A stretch of 64,000 nt of DNA from Bacteroidales bacterium (GCA_041740815.1 JBGSLG010000157.1:20015-84014); one strand, 5' to 3'. Positions 1 through 8,560 are shown, counted from the stretch's first letter. Translations and numbers: made by a program. Notes: generated by a model from the sequence alone, not told the origin.

Positions 1-1
1 G

Positions 2-850
2 AATCAGACCTTATATTCAATCTCGAAGGCCTATAAAGTTACTATTCCCGAGATTGAGCGCGAGAATGTGATTCCTTCAAGCGGCATACAGGCCGGACAG
101 GTGCTCCGGATCCCGTCGCGTGAAGACATGGCTGGCTCAGGTTCGCCTGCGCGTGCCGTGGCTCAGCCTGCATCACGGACTTCACAGCCTGTCGCCTCCG
201 GTGCAGGACCGTCATACGATCCGGCTACAGGTATACGCATCTCCGGGGAGAAGATAGTGTACTCCGGTAAGAACTATTATATGCATGAGGTGCTAAAGGG
301 GCAGACACTATATTCTATCGCGAAGGCTTACAGGGTAACGATCCTGGATATAGACCGTGAGAATATGATACCCGCCGGAGGCATACAGGCCGGGCAGGTC
401 CTCAGGATACCGGTGGCATCATCAATGATAGCACAGGAAGAGGTGGATGCGCCTCCGGCAAATGTCCAGACCAGACCTGCTGCCGCCGGCACCGGCGACC
501 GTCAGGCTTCAACTCCGGGAACGGGCAAACCGGCCCAACCAGCAGTGGAGGCCAGGCAAATGCCTTCAACACAATCGCAGCCGCCGACAGTGCAACAGTC
601 AACCGATGCCGTGAAGCAGACGGAGGAGGTGGCACAGGCCCCTGCAGCAAAATCTAAGACCGAGGCAAAAAAGACACCGCTTGTGAAGAAGAAGATCCAT
701 AAGGTGCAGAAGGGGGAGTCTCTTGCCGACATAGCAAAAATATATGACATCACCGTTCAGGAGCTGAAGCAGGCAAACAAGGGAGTGATCTTTGCCATGC
801 CTGACATGCGCCTCGTGATACCTTCGCCGGAAGAATCAGAGGAGAAATAG
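2..850 (+). CDS. LysM-repeat peptidoglycan-binding protein (5' end outside window)
   Basis: The frame is open from base 2 (NQTLYSISKAYKVTIPEIERENVIPSSGIQAGQVLRIP). There are three LysM-like modules, two ending QAGQVLRIP and one reading LADIAKIYDITVQELKQAN, separated by P/A/Q/T-rich linkers. The track start at 68 is only the first in-window GTG. Confidence 0.8.
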   Translation, partial: NQTLYSISKAYKVTIPEIERENVIPSSGIQAGQVLRIPSREDMAGSGSPARAVAQPASRTSQPVASGAGPSYDPATGIRISGEKIVYSGKNYYMHEVLKGQTLYSIAKAYRVTILDIDRENMIPAGGIQAGQVLRIPVASSMIAQEEVDAPPANVQTRPAAAGTGDRQASTPGTGKPAQPAVEARQMPSTQSQPPTVQQSTDAVKQTEEVAQAPAAKSKTEAKKTPLVKKKIHKVQKGESLADIAKIYDITVQELKQANKGVIFAMPDMRLVIPSPEESEEK

Positions 851-1124
851 CCCTGAAAGCTCATGATATTACAGGGGTATGGTAAAAATATTGCCAGTCC
901 CTTTTTGCTTTTATTCCGGCAGCCTTTCCGGTTTTTATTCTATTAAGTTTTAATTATTATCATTTTACTGCCATAATTTAGGCGAAAACCTATTAAGAGA
1001 TGGGTATGTAGCATCTTAACCCCATAACTTTCATCAGGCAGATGCATTAAGAAATTGTTTCTTTCCCATAAATTTACTATTTTTAGTTCAATTAACCCAT
1101 GTCAAACCATAAATACCCATTGAT

Positions 1125-1979
1125 ATGAAAACTATCAAAGCATTAATCATTATCATGGTGGTACTTAGCCTTTCCGGCTGCAAGTACAAGACTATGTCGG
1201 AACAGCTCGAAGCTGAAAAACAGGATCTGATCACTCAGCTTGCAAAGAGCGAGTCAACGATGAAGGAGTACCTTTCCGTAATGAACAACGCTGATGCAAA
1301 GCTCAGTGCGCTGCTCGGGCAGGAGGGCGCTGCAGGACAGCAGGCGGCAGCCGGGGATCTGCCGGCAAGGCTGGATCAGGCAATAGCAAATATAACCTCC
1401 TTGATGGAGGATACGGAGCAGAAATACCAGTCTGCGAGAAACCGGTATTACAGTGCCAGCTCAAAGGTGAAGGTGCTTGAAGATGAGGTGTCGAAGCTCA
1501 AGGTTCTGGCTCAACAGAAAGACAGCCTGATCAATGTTATGAAAGAGAAGAGCGCGGCCCTTGTTGCCACCATCGAAGAACAGACCGCTAACATTGAGAC
1601 CCTGACCGGAAATATCAGTGAGATGGAAGGAACCATCAGTGAGATGACCGGTAACCTGAACACTGTCTGGTATACTGCAGGTACGAAGGACGAGCTTATA
1701 AGCAGGAATGTCATTACCAAAACCGGCGGGTTTCTCGGCTTCCTGGGAAGGGTGATGGTGCTGTCGCCGTCGCTTAGCAGCAGCAGTTTGGAGAAAATGG
1801 ACATACGTGAGAAGACAACCTTCACCCTCAAGGGTACCCTCGATAAAATGGAGTTTATTACACTTCATCCTTCGGGCAGCTATCAGCTGACTACCGTTGA
1901 TGCCGAAACAGTCACTCTGACTGTGACAGACCCGGCCAGGTTCTGGGAAGGGTCGAGATTCCTGGTCATCGTTTTGTGA
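1125..1979 (+). CDS. Lipoprotein with central coiled-coil region, function unknown
   Basis: Signal peptide plus lipobox (MKTIKALIIIMVVLSLSGC). A long E/K/L/Q-rich heptad-like stretch is followed by a beta-rich C-terminal third. The antisense ORFs at 1461-1868 are shadows. Confidence 0.6.
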   Translation: MKTIKALIIIMVVLSLSGCKYKTMSEQLEAEKQDLITQLAKSESTMKEYLSVMNNADAKLSALLGQEGAAGQQAAAGDLPARLDQAIANITSLMEDTEQKYQSARNRYYSASSKVKVLEDEVSKLKVLAQQKDSLINVMKEKSAALVATIEEQTANIETLTGNISEMEGTISEMTGNLNTVWYTAGTKDELISRNVITKTGGFLGFLGRVMVLSPSLSSSSLEKMDIREKTTFTLKGTLDKMEFITLHPSGSYQLTTVDAETVTLTVTDPARFWEGSRFLVIVL

Positions 1980-2066
1980 CCACTTGTAATGATGCTGACT
2001 TTGTAGTCAGGACGTCATCCGGGATCATGAAAGACCATTGGTCGAGAGCAGTTTGATGGATTGATT

Positions 2067-2471
2067 TTATTTTCCTCTTTCCCAGGTCAATACTATCACC
2101 AGGCCGACAATTGCCATGACGACTGTTGTCACCGCGATGTCAACAATCATTGCCCCGGCGTTAAGGTACGTAGTGCTCATCGACCAGTATGAGAATGCGA
2201 TACCTGATCCGTACAGTAATCCGAACAGTGCTCCAAACTTCAGGCCGTCGATGATGCTTCTGGCTTTTGCCCAGTTCAGGATAAGGGTCAGCAGAAGCGC
2301 CATCACCAGGTTTGAAAGGATGATGGCCCACCATATCATTTCGCCATCAGTGCGGCTGGTACATTGATTCATGTTAGCTAAAAAGAAATCCATGAGCAGG
2401 ATTCCCCATACAAGCCACCCCAGGAGAAAATAAGCAATTCCCCCGAAAATGGTTCCTCTGAGAATTTTCAT
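2067..2471 (-). CDS. Small integral membrane protein (about 4 TM helices), function unknown
   Basis: 134 aa, made almost entirely of hydrophobic helices (GGIAYFLLGWLVWGILL, WWAIILSNLVMALLLTLIL, FGALFGLLYGSGIAF, IVDIAVTTVVMAIVGLVIVL). No catalytic motif recognised. Confidence 0.55.
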   Translation of the reverse strand: MKILRGTIFGGIAYFLLGWLVWGILLMDFFLANMNQCTSRTDGEMIWWAIILSNLVMALLLTLILNWAKARSIIDGLKFGALFGLLYGSGIAFSYWSMSTTYLNAGAMIVDIAVTTVVMAIVGLVIVLTWERGK

Positions 2472-2579
2472 TGGTCTTCAGTTTTAAGTTAAAACGCTAA
2501 TGCAATTTAAAATATTAATTCAACCTTATAATGTCATTTGGAAGGTTATGATGGTTCCAATGTCAATCCCTGAAGTGAA

Positions 2580-2927
2580 TTAGTTCTTGTCAGCCAGTGT
2601 TGTTGAGCCGTTCAATACATCGGTAATTAAAATTTCCTGCAGTCTCTGCGGTTCCTCGAACATCGGACTGTGAGCCGAATTCTCAAAAGTGTAGAACCCT
2701 TTTACAGGAGCCTCTACCTTCTTCAGGTAGTCTTTTGCCAGATCCTTATTGACTGTCAGATCATATCTCCCACTCAGGAAATAGACCGGCATGTCGAGGC
2801 CGGTGACAGTGGCCGGTATATCGGAGCTGATGACCTGACTTCTCAACCCTGACCTGGATACAAAGGAGAACTTCGCCTTCCAGATTTTGATTTTTTCTTT
2901 TAGAGTATAGGCCCTGCAGGTCCAGCT
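2580..2927 (-). pseudogene. C-terminal remnant of an alpha/beta-fold hydrolase (proline-iminopeptidase-like), 5'-truncated
   Basis: The C-terminal sequence MPVYFLSGRYDLTVNKDLAKDYLKKVEAPVKGFYTFENSAHSPMFEEPQRLQEIL includes the catalytic-His block (NSAHSP) of alpha/beta hydrolases. My hand translation keeps this frame open upstream only to a TGA at 2928-2930. No nucleophile-elbow (GXSXG) region is present. AT-rich DNA begins immediately beyond the break. Confidence 0.6.
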
Positions 2928-3111
2928 TCATATTTTATAGTTTCAATGAAATGAATTTCCTGACTGTTCCCATTCCCTGCAGACAAGCCCCCCCCCGGAA
3001 AATCAAAATTAAACTAAAAACCCGAAATCTGACTGCAAAGAAATCCTGAGAATTATGAAGGAAGGAAAAGAATAATTTCCATTTTTGGGTATTAATTAAA
3101 ACCTGATAACA

Positions 3112-3750
3112 ATGCAAAGTGCAGAAAGTCTGAAAAGGAGAATAGAAATGGAAGAAAGGAATAGTTTGATTAGAGAATCGCCTTCCGAATCCACAGCGAT
3201 TAAAGTTGGGGACGATTCTAATTCAAGTGAGATCCTTGTCTTTACTTCCCTGTGTAATGTATACAAAGTTCAGAAAAAGGAACTTATGGACAAGTTTCAG
3301 GCACTGCAGAAAATTGATTTCGAACCAGGAGAAAAACCGATCTATCTGACCGGAGAAAAGAGATATAAAGGTTTTCTGATTGTGGCATTTGAAAATGGCA
3401 AAATCGGGAAAATTTCTATGGAAAGTTTTCAAACCGAGTACACAAGGAAAAAACTCAGGAATGCATTCAATGGCGAATCGCGATTGATCTTTATTGAACT
3501 CATTGAACATGATATTAATCTGGTTACAATGAGCAGCATTAAAAAGGTGGTTCTGTTTAACACTTCTCAGATCAATGCGGTAGAAAGCAGGTCGACAAAA
3601 GGTGTTCAGGTTATGAAACCGAAGGATGGCAGTGTAATGATAAAAGTTATTCGGCCGGAAAATACAAAACTAACTGATCCTGAATACTACCGTAAGAGTG
3701 AATCTCTTAATGCAATCGGATTTTACTTGAAACCAGGTGATGAAATCTAA
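3112..3750 (+). CDS. GyrA/ParC C-terminal-domain-like (beta-pinwheel) protein, probably a fragment or stand-alone domain
   Basis: Repeated blade-like segments (KGFLIVAFENGKIGKISMESF; STKGVQVMKPKDGSVMIKV) resemble gyrase/topo IV subunit A C-terminal blades. There is no N-terminal cleavage-religation domain. The gene is AT-rich. The family call is from memory only. Confidence 0.4.
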   Translation: MQSAESLKRRIEMEERNSLIRESPSESTAIKVGDDSNSSEILVFTSLCNVYKVQKKELMDKFQALQKIDFEPGEKPIYLTGEKRYKGFLIVAFENGKIGKISMESFQTEYTRKKLRNAFNGESRLIFIELIEHDINLVTMSSIKKVVLFNTSQINAVESRSTKGVQVMKPKDGSVMIKVIRPENTKLTDPEYYRKSESLNAIGFYLKPGDEI

Positions 3751-3763
3751 TTCCTGGCGCACG

Positions 3764-3874
3764 GCGGACTTCCAGGGGCCGGCTGAAAGAGAAAAAGCCT
3801 TTCATTCGCTCCGCTCATTCCAGCCTTTATTTTTTCTTATGCTCCCGAAAGCAAGCTTTCATCGCACAGAAAAA
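3764..3874. repeat. Direct repeat copy R1 (111 bp), left bracket of the hyp cassette
   Basis: GCGGACTTCCAGGGGCCGGCTGAAAGAGAAAAAGCCT...GCAAGCTTTCATCGCACAGAAAAA recurs at 8330-8441. My hand alignment shows 4 substitutions and one extra A. Confidence 0.9.
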
Positions 3875-4323
3875 TTATAGCACTATCAAAGATTAAAACA
3901 AAACATTAAAATTATTAAGAGGTGCTAGTGTTGGGTTTTGAATATGTGAATCATGTAAACTCTCTTGGAAATATTGTAACAATTTCCTTCTCAAATTGGA
4001 AGAGCTTTACAAACAGATATGCAGAAAAAGCATCTTTAACAATTACAGCCGCTTTTAATGTTGATGAGATATTTATATCAGCAGAAGATCGGGGTAACCT
4101 GTCTTATCCTGCCGGAATTGCGGGTTATATGAAGGTTTTGGCGTGGTTTCTTTAACTAAACTTTTTTGTGCCAAACTACGCCTGCACAAGAACCATTAGT
4201 GACAATGGTAAGATGATGCTGTAAAGGCCAATAACCCGTTAAAGGACTAAAGATTGGCCGAAACAAAAGCCAATAAAAGTGGGATTGCCGAAAATATGTA
4301 CTAAGAAATAAAAAGAGCATAAA

Positions 4324-4995
4324 ATGGATCGCTATAAAATTCTTGAAATAAAGAAAAGTGTCTTCGAAAACAACGATAAACAAGCGAATATTCTTCGCGA
4401 CGAATTAAAAAAGGACAAGACCTTTTTACTCAATCTGATGTCATCACCGGGTTCGGGTAAAACAACAACTGTTTTAAGAACCATTGAAACCTTAAAGGAT
4501 GAAATGAGCATCGGCATTTTAGAGGCTGATATTGATTCTGATGTGGATGCGTTCACAGTTTCTAAAACCGGCGTTAAAGTTATTCAGTTGCATACAGGTG
4601 GAATGTGCCATTTAGATGCTGATATGACCAGGCAGGGACTCGCTGGTCTGGGAACCAATGGAATCGACCTGGTAATACTTGAGAACGTCGGCAATTTAGT
4701 ATGCCCCGCTGAATTTGATACCGGAGCGGTGAAAAATGTCATGATCTTAAGTGTGCCGGAGGGAGATGACAAACCTCTCAAATATCCTTTAATGTTTTCA
4801 ATCGCTGATGTTTTATTAATTAACAAGATGGATTCAATAGGTTTCTTTGAGTTTGATTTAGAGGCTGTTAAAGTACGAGTTAAAAAGCTAAACCCAAACA
4901 TCAAGATAATTCCAATTACTGCTAAAACAGGTGAAGGAATTGAAGAGTGGGCTAATTGGCTACGTACTGAAGTTAAAAATTGGAATGAATATTAA
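4324..4995 (+). CDS. hypB: Hydrogenase/nickel-enzyme maturation GTPase HypB
   Basis: P-loop SPGSGKTT, the diagnostic ENVGNLVCPAEFD block and the NKMD G4 motif. 223 aa. AT-rich codon usage. Confidence 0.9.
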   Translation: MDRYKILEIKKSVFENNDKQANILRDELKKDKTFLLNLMSSPGSGKTTTVLRTIETLKDEMSIGILEADIDSDVDAFTVSKTGVKVIQLHTGGMCHLDADMTRQGLAGLGTNGIDLVILENVGNLVCPAEFDTGAVKNVMILSVPEGDDKPLKYPLMFSIADVLLINKMDSIGFFEFDLEAVKVRVKKLNPNIKIIPITAKTGEGIEEWANWLRTEVKNWNEY

Positions 4996-5023
4996 GACAT
5001 TTTAAAAATTGGGAGACACAAAA

Positions 5024-7705
5024 ATGGCAGAACAATTAAGAGAATGTATTGTGGATTTAGCAAGGCTGATTCGAGGCAGTAAGAGATTAACGATCACTAA
5101 AGATATGCCTGACTATTATGTTTTAGAGAAATTAGTCACTGATGAAATGGCAGAAGTAGTTCTTGGAATGAAAAAAAGAAGAACTTATGTAAATCCAGCA
5201 CAAGTTGCAAAAAATATTGGCAAAACAAAAGAACACTGTTCTGAAGTTCTGGAGAAATGTCTTGATGTTGGAATAGTAGAATGTAGAGAAGTTGAAGGAG
5301 GATATGAGTACAGTGTGCCAATTTATGTTCCTGGAATTTTCGAAATAATGATTCTTAATAAAGAACAGGCTGAAAGCCATCCGGAAATAGCAAGAGCTTT
5401 TGAAGAATATACCAGAACCACAATTGCTCCAATGGTTGACAAAATACCTTTAGGAAGAGGTGCACTTAGAGTTATTCCTGTAGAATCTGCTATAAGTGGA
5501 GAATCTAGAAAAGCTAACTATGAAGAGATTAGCTATTGGCTTAATAAATATGATGGACAAATTGCTGTTGGCGCTTGCCAATGCAGAAGAAGTCGCAGAA
5601 TTATGGGTGAAGGCTGTGGCGACTTAGAAGATGAAAAATGTATCATATTAGGTGATTTGGCTGATGCTGGTGTTAGAACCAATAAATTGCGTCGTGCAAC
5701 CAAAGGCGAAGCATTGGAGATAATATTGAAGGCAGAGAGAGAAGGTTGTGTTCATCAGGTTACAAATATGGACGGTAAAGACAAGATTTTTGCTATCTGT
5801 AATTGTAATATCAATGTATGTTTTGCCTTAAGAACTTCACAATACTTCAATACACCTAATATGAGTAAATCAAATTATGTGGCTGAAGTAAATCCAGATA
5901 ATTGCGTAGCCTGTGGTGCATGTGTAGAAAAGTGTCCCTCCAATGCTATTAGACTTGGAGAAAAACTTTGTACAAAAACACCTATTAAAGTTGCAGAAAT
6001 GGAATTGCCGGATGATCATAGGTGGAGCAAAGAAAGATATAACCCTGATTTTAGAAATAATCGCAAATTGGTTGTGCCAGAAACTGGCACATCTCCTTGT
6101 ATTACTGAATGTCCGGCACATCTTGCTATTCAAGGATATATAAGATTTGCCAGCCAGGGTAAATATAGAGAAGCATTAGAAGTAATAAAAAGAGTAAATC
6201 CATTGCCAGCAGTTTGTGGAAGAATTTGCCCTCATAAATGTGAAGATGCGTGTACTCGTGGGTTTATAGATAATCCTGTAGCAATAGATGATATTAAGCG
6301 TTTTATTGCAGATAAAGATATGGAATCTGAATCAAGATTTGTTCCTGAAAAAATGCATGCTTATGGAAAGAAAATTGCCATTATAGGTTCTGGTCCTGCA
6401 GGTATATCTTGTGCATATTATTTGGCTATTGATGGATATAAGGTTACTGTATTCGAAAAACAAGAAAAACTTGGTGGGATGCTAACTTTAGGAATACCAG
6501 CATTTAGACTTGAAAAGGACGTAATTGTATCAGAAATAGATGTGCTTCGTGAACTTGGAGTAGAATTTAAGACAGGAATTGAAGTAGGTAAGGATGTTAC
6601 AATACCTGAATTAAGAAAAGAGGGTTTTAAAGGATTTTATCTTGCAATTGGTGCTCAAGGCGGAAGAAAACTTGGCTTGGAAGGTGAAGATGCTAAAGGT
6701 GTTATTACAGGTGTTGATTTCTTGAGAAATGTGGCTTTGGATAATGCAGATAAACTAAATGGTAATGTAGTAGTAATAGGTGGCGGTAATGTTGCTATTG
6801 ATGTTGCAAGAACTGCAACAAGAACTGGCGGAAAAACAGTAAATATATATTGTTTGGAAGCAAGAAAAGAAATGCCAGCTTTAGATGAAGAAATTGAAGA
6901 AGCAGAATCTGAAAATATTACAATCAATAATGGATATGGTCCTAATAAAATTGTTATTGAAAATGGCAAAGTTACTGGAGTAGAATTCAAAAAATGTTTA
7001 TCAGTATTTAATGATGACGGTAAGTTTTCACCAAAATATGACGATAATAATATCATAACTGTGCCAGCAGACCATGTATTGCTTTCCGTTGGACAATCAA
7101 TTGAATGGGGTAATTTAATAGACGGAACTGATGTGAAATTAAACAGAAATAAAACTGTAGTTGCTGATGATTTTACTTATTTAACTGATGAGAAAGATAT
7201 TTTTGTTGGTGGTGATTGCTTTACGGGACCAAAATTTGCCATCGATGCAATAGCTAGTGGCAAACAAGGTGCAATTTCTCTTCATCGTTCAGTTTGGGAA
7301 GGACAAAGTTTGACTATTGGTCGCCCATACAATGGATTTGCAGAAATTGACAAAGATAATTTGGTTTTCAAAGATTATGATACAACCAAAAGACAAAGAC
7401 CATTGCATATTAAAGAAAATGATGGAACATTTAAAGATACCAGGGCAACTTTGACAGAAGAGCAATTAAAGAAAGAAACTTTAAGATGTTTGGGCTGCGG
7501 TGTTGCTGTTATTGATGAAGGTAAATGCCTGGGTTGTGGTGTTTGTACAGTAATGTGTAAATTTGATGCAGTTAGTCTTAAAAAGATAAACAATGTTGGA
7601 CAAGTCGCTTATGAAGATATACCAAAAGAAGTATTAAAGAATATTCCAAAAAGAGAAGTTAAAATTGCAATAAGAAAAATTAAAGAAACATTTAGTAAAT
7701 ATTGA
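5024..7705 (+). CDS. Multidomain Fe-S flavoprotein: Cys-rich N-terminal domain + 4Fe-4S ferredoxin + GltD-like NAD(P)H/FAD oxidoreductase + C-terminal 2x[4Fe-4S]
   Basis: CVACGACVEKCP is a ferredoxin motif. NPLPAVCGRICPHKCEDACTRG is the GltD/PreT-type Fe-S signature. IAIIGSGPAGISCAYYLAIDGYKVTVFEKQEKLGGML is a dinucleotide fold, and a second Rossmann motif reads VVVIGGGNVAID. The C-terminus has CLGCGVA...CLGCGVCTVMC. I prefer the ATG at 5024, which sits 7 nt after GGGAGA (5011-5016), over the track TTG at 5009. Confidence 0.8.
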   Translation: MAEQLRECIVDLARLIRGSKRLTITKDMPDYYVLEKLVTDEMAEVVLGMKKRRTYVNPAQVAKNIGKTKEHCSEVLEKCLDVGIVECREVEGGYEYSVPIYVPGIFEIMILNKEQAESHPEIARAFEEYTRTTIAPMVDKIPLGRGALRVIPVESAISGESRKANYEEISYWLNKYDGQIAVGACQCRRSRRIMGEGCGDLEDEKCIILGDLADAGVRTNKLRRATKGEALEIILKAEREGCVHQVTNMDGKDKIFAICNCNINVCFALRTSQYFNTPNMSKSNYVAEVNPDNCVACGACVEKCPSNAIRLGEKLCTKTPIKVAEMELPDDHRWSKERYNPDFRNNRKLVVPETGTSPCITECPAHLAIQGYIRFASQGKYREALEVIKRVNPLPAVCGRICPHKCEDACTRGFIDNPVAIDDIKRFIADKDMESESRFVPEKMHAYGKKIAIIGSGPAGISCAYYLAIDGYKVTVFEKQEKLGGMLTLGIPAFRLEKDVIVSEIDVLRELGVEFKTGIEVGKDVTIPELRKEGFKGFYLAIGAQGGRKLGLEGEDAKGVITGVDFLRNVALDNADKLNGNVVVIGGGNVAIDVARTATRTGGKTVNIYCLEARKEMPALDEEIEEAESENITINNGYGPNKIVIENGKVTGVEFKKCLSVFNDDGKFSPKYDDNNIITVPADHVLLSVGQSIEWGNLIDGTDVKLNRNKTVVADDFTYLTDEKDIFVGGDCFTGPKFAIDAIASGKQGAISLHRSVWEGQSLTIGRPYNGFAEIDKDNLVFKDYDTTKRQRPLHIKENDGTFKDTRATLTEEQLKKETLRCLGCGVAVIDEGKCLGCGVCTVMCKFDAVSLKKINNVGQVAYEDIPKEVLKNIPKREVKIAIRKIKETFSKY

Positions 7706-7715
7706 TAATAAATCA

Positions 7716-8075
7716 ATGCACGAATTAAGTTTATTAGTAGAAGTTGTAAAAATTGTAGAAGATTTAGTAGTTAAAAATAAAATTCAAAAACTAAGAGCTA
7801 TAGTTTTGCAAGTTGGAGAAGTTTCTTCTGTGATTCCTTCTTTCATGGAAGAGTATTTTCCTGTTGTGACTTTGGATAAACCATTTTTTAAGGATACTCA
7901 ACTAGAAATTGAAATGATACCTGGTGAGGCAAAATGTGTGGATTGTGGCGAAGTTTTTAATATCTTAAAAACAGACGGTTATTGCTCAAACTGCCATAGT
8001 TTTGAGAAAGAGGTGCTTCGCGGAAGAGAATTTTTAATCAAAGAATTAGTTGTGTATGATGAAGAACAAAATTAG
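7716..8075 (+). CDS. hypA: Nickel metallochaperone HypA
   Basis: N-terminal MHELSL nickel-binding motif and a zinc site CVDCG...CSNCHS. 119 aa. Starts 10 nt after the preceding gene. Confidence 0.9.
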   Translation: MHELSLLVEVVKIVEDLVVKNKIQKLRAIVLQVGEVSSVIPSFMEEYFPVVTLDKPFFKDTQLEIEMIPGEAKCVDCGEVFNILKTDGYCSNCHSFEKEVLRGREFLIKELVVYDEEQN

Positions 8076-8174
8076 TGATTTTCAAATATTGGAAAACTAC
8101 TTTTTGTACTACTAATAACAATGGCTTCGTAAAGATCTGATTTACAAGGCCATTTTATTTTAATTGCCGGGGGA

Positions 8175-8329
8175 GAAGATTGCCGCAAAGCGGGGCTTTG
8201 CGACAATCTTCCAGGGGGCAGATGACATTGATTGAGAAGATTGCGCTCCGCCAACTGGCGGAGCGCGGACTTCCAGGGGCCGGCTGAAAGGGAAATAGAA
8301 GATTGCTCGCCCTCCCGTCGGTCGGCCTC
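8175..8329. repeat. Three tandem ~62-bp GC-rich units, each GAAGATTGC - variable GC hairpin - CTTCCAGGGG
   Basis: Units start at 8175, 8236 and 8298. Unit 1 folds as GAAGATTGcCGCAAAGC-ggg-GCTTTGCGaCAATCTTC. Unit 2 contains the perfect 10-bp hairpin GCGCTCCGCC-aact-GGCGGAGCGC. Units 2 and 3 end with the first ~30 nt of the R1/R2 repeat. Confidence 0.85.
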
Positions 8330-8441
8330 GCGGACTTCCAGGGGCCGGCTGAAAGAGAAAAAGCCTGTCATTCGCTTCGCTCATTCCAGGTCTTTATTTT
8401 TTCTTATGCTCCCGAAAGCAAGCTTTCATCGCACAGAAAAA
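8330..8441. repeat. Direct repeat copy R2 (112 bp), right bracket of the hyp cassette
   Basis: Near-identical to 3764-3874. Lies 47 bp from the 3' end of tRNA-Pro. Confidence 0.9.
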
Positions 8442-8479
8442 ATAAAGCCCTTCCCCGCCAGCTGGCGGGGAAAGGCTTT
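8437..8479 (-). terminator. Rho-independent terminator downstream of tRNA-Pro (hairpin usable from both strands)
   Basis: AAAGCCCTTCCCCGCCAG/CTGGCGGGGAAAGGCTTT is an 18-bp palindrome with one mismatch. It is flanked by an A-run (8437-8442) and a T-run (8477-8481). Confidence 0.75.
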
Positions 8480-8487
8480 TTCTCTTG

Positions 8488-8560
8488 TCGGGGTGAGAAG
8501 ACTCGAACTTCCGGCCCCTACGTCCCGAACGTAGTACGCTACCAACTGCGCTACACCCCG
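8488..8560 (-). tRNA. tRNA-Pro (anticodon CGG)
   Basis: The minus strand reads CGGGGTGTAGCGCAGTTGGTAGCGTACTACGTTCGGGACGTAGGGGCCGGAAGTTCGAGTCTTCTCACCCCGA. The 7-bp acceptor stem is perfect. The anticodon stem CTACG/CGTAG encloses loop TTCGGGA. The T-loop is TTCGAGT. CCA is not encoded. Confidence 0.9.

Noticed and set aside
3922-4155. 77-aa GTG-start ORF between repeat R1 and hypB
   Set aside because: AT-rich, with no motif, signal peptide or ribosome-binding site. It overlaps no other evidence, and its coding status cannot be supported from sequence alone.
3875-8329. Searched the AT-rich island for an integrase, transposase, integron attC core sites or hydrogenase structural genes
   Set aside because: No ORF shows tyrosine or serine recombinase or DDE motifs. 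No GTTRRRY/RYYYAAC cores flank the cassette. No [NiFe]/[FeFe] hydrogenase signatures were seen. I therefore do not call a mobile_element feature, only repeats.
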